A stretch of DNA of 29,720 nt, from assembly GCF_006345805.1 (NCBI RefSeq), contig NW_021832493.1, positions 1-29,720 on the forward strand, written 5' to 3'. Positions 23,261 through 29,720 of the stretch are shown here, piece by piece. Both the position numbers and the translations under genes were made by a program. Source of the stretch: Octopus sinensis (taxonomy: Eukaryota). Within the stretch, counting starts at the first letter, position 1. The number at the start of each line of letters is the position of its first letter. Below the pieces are notes generated by a model. It did no database searches and was not told the origin of the DNA. It saw nothing but the letters and a program-made list of their open reading frames with translations.

Positions 23261-24659
23261 TGTGTTTTAAGATTTTGATATGCTTGCAATATCCAATGGA
23301 AGTGAGATGCTTGATAACATGTTTGTCCTGCTAGACATAGTTGAAATTTACTTTTTATTGTGATGTGTAGAAAAGAGTAAATATATGGTGAAAGATAATA
23401 ATATTACGGAGATGTACTTTCATAGCAAGTGACCTGATCTGAGATCGTGTGCTGGAACGAAAACAATTGCAGCGTGGTAGGTGCTTATAGTCCATTTAAG
23501 AAACACACAAAATCTGTTAGATTCACATTTGAATTTTAATTTGTCAAAATATTTTCGTCGCAATGAGACCGCGACCTGTTCACTGACAAAATTCCGTGCT
23601 GTATAATAATATTTCATTTGCTAAAGATGTTAAGCAACTGACTGTAGAATCAACGGCGAGTGCAGTAGTATCATTAAAAAAAATTTAAGCCACCGGTAGA
23701 GAAGCAAGGACAGTGCTCAAGATCTTTCATTTTTCAAGGCCTACAGAGCTATTCGAAAAAAGAGGAATTCATTTTCAGACTAAAGACCGAAGAGGACATC
23801 GCTAAAGTTCCAAGTGGTGAAACCAAATGGATGAGATGGAGTCAAAACTACCAAATATCCGGCTCGTGGCAATGTCTTGTCCGACCTTCGACTCCAATTT
23901 TATAAATTTATTTATTATCATTTCCCCCCTTCTAGAATAATCTGTAAAATACTTAATATACCACTAGTTGGAACCCGACTACTGTCATGATTAAAGGTGT
24001 TTCTGATTGGTCAAATCAGTGCATCTTAGGGTATTTTCTTGTTGTCGCAACCAATGAAAATCAAATTTATGAATCCATATATGAAAACATATGCTCTATT
24101 TCCCCTTCACTTTGTCTATACACACCGAACGAAATAGAAGTACAGAAGTCTGGCTTGTTTCCTAAATTTACGCGTACCTTTGAAAATATTCTAGAAATAT
24201 GAACGATATCGAAAGGTTTTACGGCTGAAACAGTACAAGCTTTCTATGAAGCATTCGTCGTCTCAAGAACTGTATTTATTCATTTGGACAATTTCAGTCT
24301 CTGTTCTCCTTTCAATGACTCATACTTTATAGAACAATAGGGATGCTCTTTTTTAAACATCTCCGTTTGTCAACCACTCATATTACTTCCTTTCCTTGAT
24401 CTCAATGAAATTGTGTTATGTATCGATCCTGTTATTCATTCACTTTGGCCTACTCCATGAATGAAGTTTTTATGAATAATTGTTCTCATTCAGCCTGAAA
24501 AATCTAGTTTATGCTTCACTCTGTCCTACTAAGCCAAACAACATAGACAGCATTATATTAAGTCTTCTCTACAAAACACAGGATAAAATATAATCCATCC
24601 GATATATAGACTCCATCTTCATAACGATATTCACTAGGCTTCTCTCATTCCAAAACTAT

Positions 24660-24760
24660 GGCATAAAAGACACTTGTCGAATGTGACGCGTAATGGAATC
24701 GAACACGAAAACCCGTCTTTTCGAAGAAAACATCTCAAACCACGCAGCAGCCATACTTAC
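24660..24760 (-). mobile_element. Old SINE family B head fragment
   Basis: Reverse complement ATGGCTGCTGCGTGG...GTGTTCGATTCC...ACAAGTGTCTT resembles the head of the 25457-25930 copy. Confidence 0.5.
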
Positions 24761-25456
24761 AATATTGAAAAACAACAATTTCCATTCATACTCATACTAT
24801 ATTTCGTACGTAGATCCACGTTAATATTTTCTTCTTTTACTTTCACTTTCACTTATGGCTTTTTGTTATCTCTTCGGACCATTTTGCAACATTCACTAAC
24901 CAAATGTTTAATTATTTCTGCTGCGTCTCCCCATATTCTTCATTTGATATCTTTTTGCCATCTAAACTAGTTCCGGCCGCATGTTCCGGCAATGTTTATA
25001 ATTAAGTTTGCGGTTTCTTTCGTCACAAGATTTACTCTCTATCTAACATTTATGATTACTTCTAAGTCACTTCTGCGTTTCATCTAGATATTCTCCACGT
25101 AATCTTATTTATTACCATTCCGTTATTCTTTATCTTTGGCTCTTTTAATTCTTTAGACATTTTTCCCCCTTTGTACAGAAAATCTTTCTATCGATTCTGT
25201 AAACTATCAGAATAAGACTTTCTTCGATTTATTCCTGTCGTGCAGACTACTTGAGCTAATTTCCAAGTTACGGCGAACACGTGATTAGAGGCGAGTGCCC
25301 TGGAATTTCTTTTAACCCTTCTTGGACTTTCCTCAAATAATTCTATATATTGCCAGGTGGTGACTATTTTTATATTTCGCTCCTAGTTAGTACTGACGAA
25401 TAGATCACGTGATGATTGTTTTGGTTTAGCTCCAACTGATAGAGCATATCAGTTGG

Positions 25457-25930
25457 TTTATCTTTTATCCTTTACTTGGTCCAGTCATTGGACTGCGGCC
25501 TCGCTGGGGGACCGGAATAACGGGTTTAGTCGAACTAATCATCACCATACTTATTTAAAGCCTAGTACTTATACTATCGGTCTCCTTTTGCCGAACTGCT
25601 ATATTACGTGGACTTAAACAAACCCATACCGGTTGTTAATCGGTGACGAGACACAAACACAAAGATACACACATACATGTACACAAACACACGCACACAC
25701 ACACTCACATACATACACACAGAGACACAGATAGACCCCCCACAAACATACAACCACACACATATATTTATATACGACGATATTATTACCATTTTTAGTT
25801 TACCAAATCCATTCACAAGGTCATTATCGGCCTGTGGCTACAGTAGAAGACACTTGCACAAGGTGCTGTGTAGCGGGACTGAACCCCAGAGCACGTGCCT
25901 TGGAATCAAGCTTCTCAACCACCCATCCGG
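25457..25930 (-). mobile_element. SINE family B, near full length with tRNA-like head
   Basis: Head on the minus strand (GGATGGGTGGTTGAGAAGC...GGGTTCAGTCCC), CAAGTGTCTTCTAC core, internal (TG)n, body, and (GATAAAA)n tail. Confidence 0.85.
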
Positions 25931-26125
25931 CGACTCCTGTTGATTTTGTTAAACTTCCGGTTAATACCAGCTGGGGAGATCAGACAATAAAATCCTTAAT
26001 CGTATTATAATGATTAAGGATTTTATTGTTCCTTTTGGTCAGAAAAGACAATGTTACCTGGTTGAACATTTAGCTACCATTTCCAGCAGATCAAGAGACC
26101 GTATAGAGGCTCCAATATCTGTTAA

Positions 26126-26340
26126 TTACCTTTTGCATGTTTCAGTCATTAGACTGTGGCCCTGCTGGAGCACCACCTCTAACAATTTTAGCCGAACGAA
26201 TCGACCCAATTACATATAATTTTTTTAAACTTTGCACCTATTCTATCAGTTTCTTTCGCCGAACCGCTAGGATACGCGGATGTAAACGCGTCAACAACGG
26301 TTGTCAGGCAGTGTTGTTGGGGTGGAGAACACGGACATGT
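26126..26340 (-). mobile_element. SINE family B, 3' half
   Basis: TTCAGTCATTAGACTGTGGCC.TGCTGGAGCACC...GCCGAACCGCTA...GGTTGTCA shared with other copies. Confidence 0.8.
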
Positions 26341-26404
26341 ATGAATAAATATATATATTTATACACATATACGCATTTATATATATATGTATATATATAG
26401 TAAG

Positions 26405-26526
26405 TGGGAATTTACAAAAAAAGTGAGAAAGTCTTTTACGTTTCGAGCCAACGCTCTTTGACAGAAAGGAACACAGAAATAAAAAAGGAGGGAAAATAAA
26501 AAAGGGCAAGTGGCTAGCGATCTATC
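26405..26526 (-). mobile_element. Family H2 hammerhead repeat, copy 4 (core G8 mutated, internal deletion)
   Basis: Reverse complement: GATAGATCGCTAGCCACT...CCUUU CUGUCAA A GAGC-GUUG-GCUC GAAA CGU A AAAGAC, then joins directly to TTTTTGTAAATTCCC. Confidence 0.75.
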
Positions 26527-27104
26527 ATGACGAATATATATACACAGACAGATACACACACACGCACACACACCCACACCCACACACCCACACACAAATA
26601 TCTATCTATCTGTCTATCTAACCACCTGTCTCTCAGTGTGTGTATGTGCGTGTGTGTGTGTGTGTGTGTCTGTCTGTCTGTCTATCTATGGACGTTGTCT
26701 CGTCTAAAACGCTCAAGAATGACCAATGAAATAACAATATGCTTTTTATCACAAAATGTAACAATTTTAAAAGAATTGTTCTAAACAATTATTCTTTCTC
26801 TAGAAGCATCAGTCAATTTAGCAGCATAGTATAATTTCCAATATACATCTCATATATGCGCAGTATCCATCGAATTATGCAGGACGATACGGATTCAACG
26901 GAAGGCCATATTCTCCATCGATTCTACATGCATTTGCATACAGTTATGAATTCCCAAATATCTCAAATTTACTCCGAAGCTGCTCTCAATTTCTCATTAA
27001 GAGAAACTCTCAGAAATTCCAAGTTCCTCGACGGCTATCGATGACATTAATATCGTCTATTTTCTTACATTCCCAATTATATTTCAAAATTCTCGTTGTA
27101 GTAA

Positions 27105-27117
27105 TCGAACACACACA

Positions 27118-27170
<53 letters not shown>

Positions 27171-27261
27171 CACACACACACACACACACAACACACCACA
27201 CACACACACACACTACACACGCAAACATATATGCGCGCGCATAGGCACAACCAGGCATACA

Positions 27262-27308
<47 letters not shown>

Positions 27309-27401
27309 TATGCATATATATATATATATATACATATGTAGCAAATTGATTATGTATGAGTGTGTGTGTACATACATATAAATATAAATACATAAATATA
27401 A

Positions 27402-27433
<32 letters not shown>

Positions 27434-28108
27434 GCATATGTATATATGTATATGTACGTGTACATTTGTATAGGTGTACATGTATATACATATAGCCATA
27501 TATGTTTATAGACGTATTATACGTAATTATGTATGTATATATGCATGTGTGAGTATATACTTACACACACACACTCACATACACACACATATATATATAT
27601 ATACATACATATATATACAGGTATGTGTCTATATGTATCTATGTTTGTGTATATGTAGGCATGTGTATGCATTTATATGCCGAACGGACATACCAACGAG
27701 ATGCAAAGCAGGAAACCATACACCGTACATCTGTATTATCTCGTTAATCGCTTTTACCGGACATCTTCATCATCTTCATCTTCTTCCGTTAGCAATACAC
27801 TTTCGTTAATTTGTAAAGATCAATACGGATCATTGAAATTTGTTACCTTGAATTATCGGAAAGAATTCTTCTGGCATTATTGCAGTGACAAATACTTAAA
27901 CATCTTTTTACCGATATATCTCTTCAATATGCGTATATCATTGCTTCCAAAAGCCAAAACCCATTGTTTTTATTTATAGAAAGCCGTTAAAATGAATGCA
28001 AAGTACTTATAGTACAATTTGTATCATTCGTATAAATATATATATATGGCTTTAAATATATATACATATAGAAACATGTATATATATATATATATACATG
28101 TTTCTATA

Positions 28109-28182
<74 letters not shown>

Positions 28183-28278
28183 TATATATATACATATATA
28201 TATACATTACATATATATAACTTTATATTATATATATTTATATATATATATATATATATATACATACATACATATTTT
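27105..28278. repeat. (CA)n and (TA)n microsatellite fields around a unique spacer at ~27670-28035
   Basis: Direct reading. Confidence 0.9.
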
Positions 28279-28279
28279 T

Positions 28280-28858
28280 TATTATTATATTATTGCCTTT
28301 GCACAGCTTCTAACGCTGGAGATGTACTACAGTATCAGCTTTTCACTACCAATGAACTAAGGTAACACATCGTATTTTTCGAGCACCTTCCAGAGTATTC
28401 GAGCGGTTCCAAGCAGTGGTATTTTCTGCAAGTGCTCCACCCTTATTGCAGTCCCTATTTGTTCCACGTACCTCTCGAGATTTTTGCTCACCATTCCCAG
28501 GGCTCCGATAATTATTGGTACTACTGCTACCTTTTTTATCGACCACAACTACTTTACTTCCCGAGCTAACCTGACATATTTCTCAACTTTTCTTCCTTCC
28601 TTATCGCATACCTTGTTGTAAGCTGGGCATGCTATATTTATGATCCAGTATTGTTTGTTTTCTTTCCCAATTAAGACTATGTCTGGCTTCCTATTCTCTA
28701 TATCATGGTCGACAATGACTTCAGGTTTGTGGTCGTACCAATTTTTTGCTCTGTCAAGTCCCTACTTCCAGCAAAGTGTCCAATAGACAGACTGGCTATA
28801 TTGTCGTGGCGTCTCTTATATTCTTTCTGGACTAGTGGTGTACGTTGGCTGGCAAACA
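28280..28858 (-). mobile_element. R4/Dong-type RLE 3' fragment (third family)
   Basis: TPLVQKEYKRRHDNIA; WYDHKPE; DHDIENRKPDIVLI; WSIKKVAVVPIIIGALGMVSKNLERYVEQIGTAIRVEHLQKIPLLGTARILWKVLE. Short TAA-type tail at ~28280-94. Confidence 0.9.
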
Positions 28859-29004
28859 TTCTTCTTCTTGTTCTTGTTCTTGTTCTTGTTCTTCTTCTTC
28901 TTCTTCTTCTTCTTCTTCTTCTTCTTCTTCTCTTCTTCTTCTTCTTCTTCTTCTCTTCTTCTTTTCTTCTTCTTCTTCTTCTTCTTCTTCTTCTTCTTCT
29001 TCTT
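28859..29004. repeat. (TTC)n/(TTCTTG)n array
   Basis: Direct reading. Confidence 0.95.
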
Positions 29005-29008
29005 TGTC

Positions 29009-29157
29009 ATCGCTACGTTCTGATTTCAAATTCTGGTGAGGTTGCCTTCCGTTCTTCCGAGGTCAATAAATTATGGGCGAGTGATACCTCTGCAGGTCGA
29101 TGTAATTGACTTAACACCATCCTCAGAATGGTTACTGTTGTGGCAAAATTTGAAACA

Positions 29158-29160
<3 letters not shown>
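29009..29160 (+). mobile_element. SINE family C, 5'-truncated
   Basis: TTCTGATTTCAAATTC...GGTCAATAAATTA...GGTCGATGTAATTGACTT...CAAAATTTGAAACAATTATT, similar to 15781-15995. Confidence 0.7.
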
Positions 29161-29697
<537 letters not shown>

Positions 29698-29720
29698 AAT
29701 ATGAGTTGAAGATTTTCAGA

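Noticed and set aside
27677-27979. 100-aa ORF MPNGHTNEMQSRKPY...
   Set aside because: Low-complexity serine run, no domain similarity recognised and no supporting splice or promoter context.

Overview
AT-rich, microsatellite-saturated eukaryotic DNA. The SINE families and repeat density resemble octopus (coleoid cephalopod) genomic DNA; this is recognition from memory, not a database result. No recognisable intact protein-coding gene is present, and nearly all long ORFs in the track are translations of simple repeats. Supported content: (i) four decayed R4/Dong-type RLE non-LTR retrotransposon pieces with (TAA)n tails, three stacked head-to-tail at 10449-13380; (ii) a CR1/L2-group LINE 3' end; (iii) two common tRNA-SINE families; (iv) small Tc1/mariner and hAT remnants; (v) a candidate minus-strand gene 5' region with a uORF-packed exon at 18753-19047. 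The most interesting signal is RNA-level. Six minimal type-I hammerhead-ribozyme motifs of the Penelope-like-element kind occur in two non-coding repeat families. One family (H1) is a tRNA-headed SINE with a hammerhead tail, found twice as a head-to-head inverted pair with apparently the same breakpoint. The other (H2) has a family-wide CUGUNGA (A6U) core variant. All three plus-strand motifs keep the family core, and all three minus-strand motifs are damaged.
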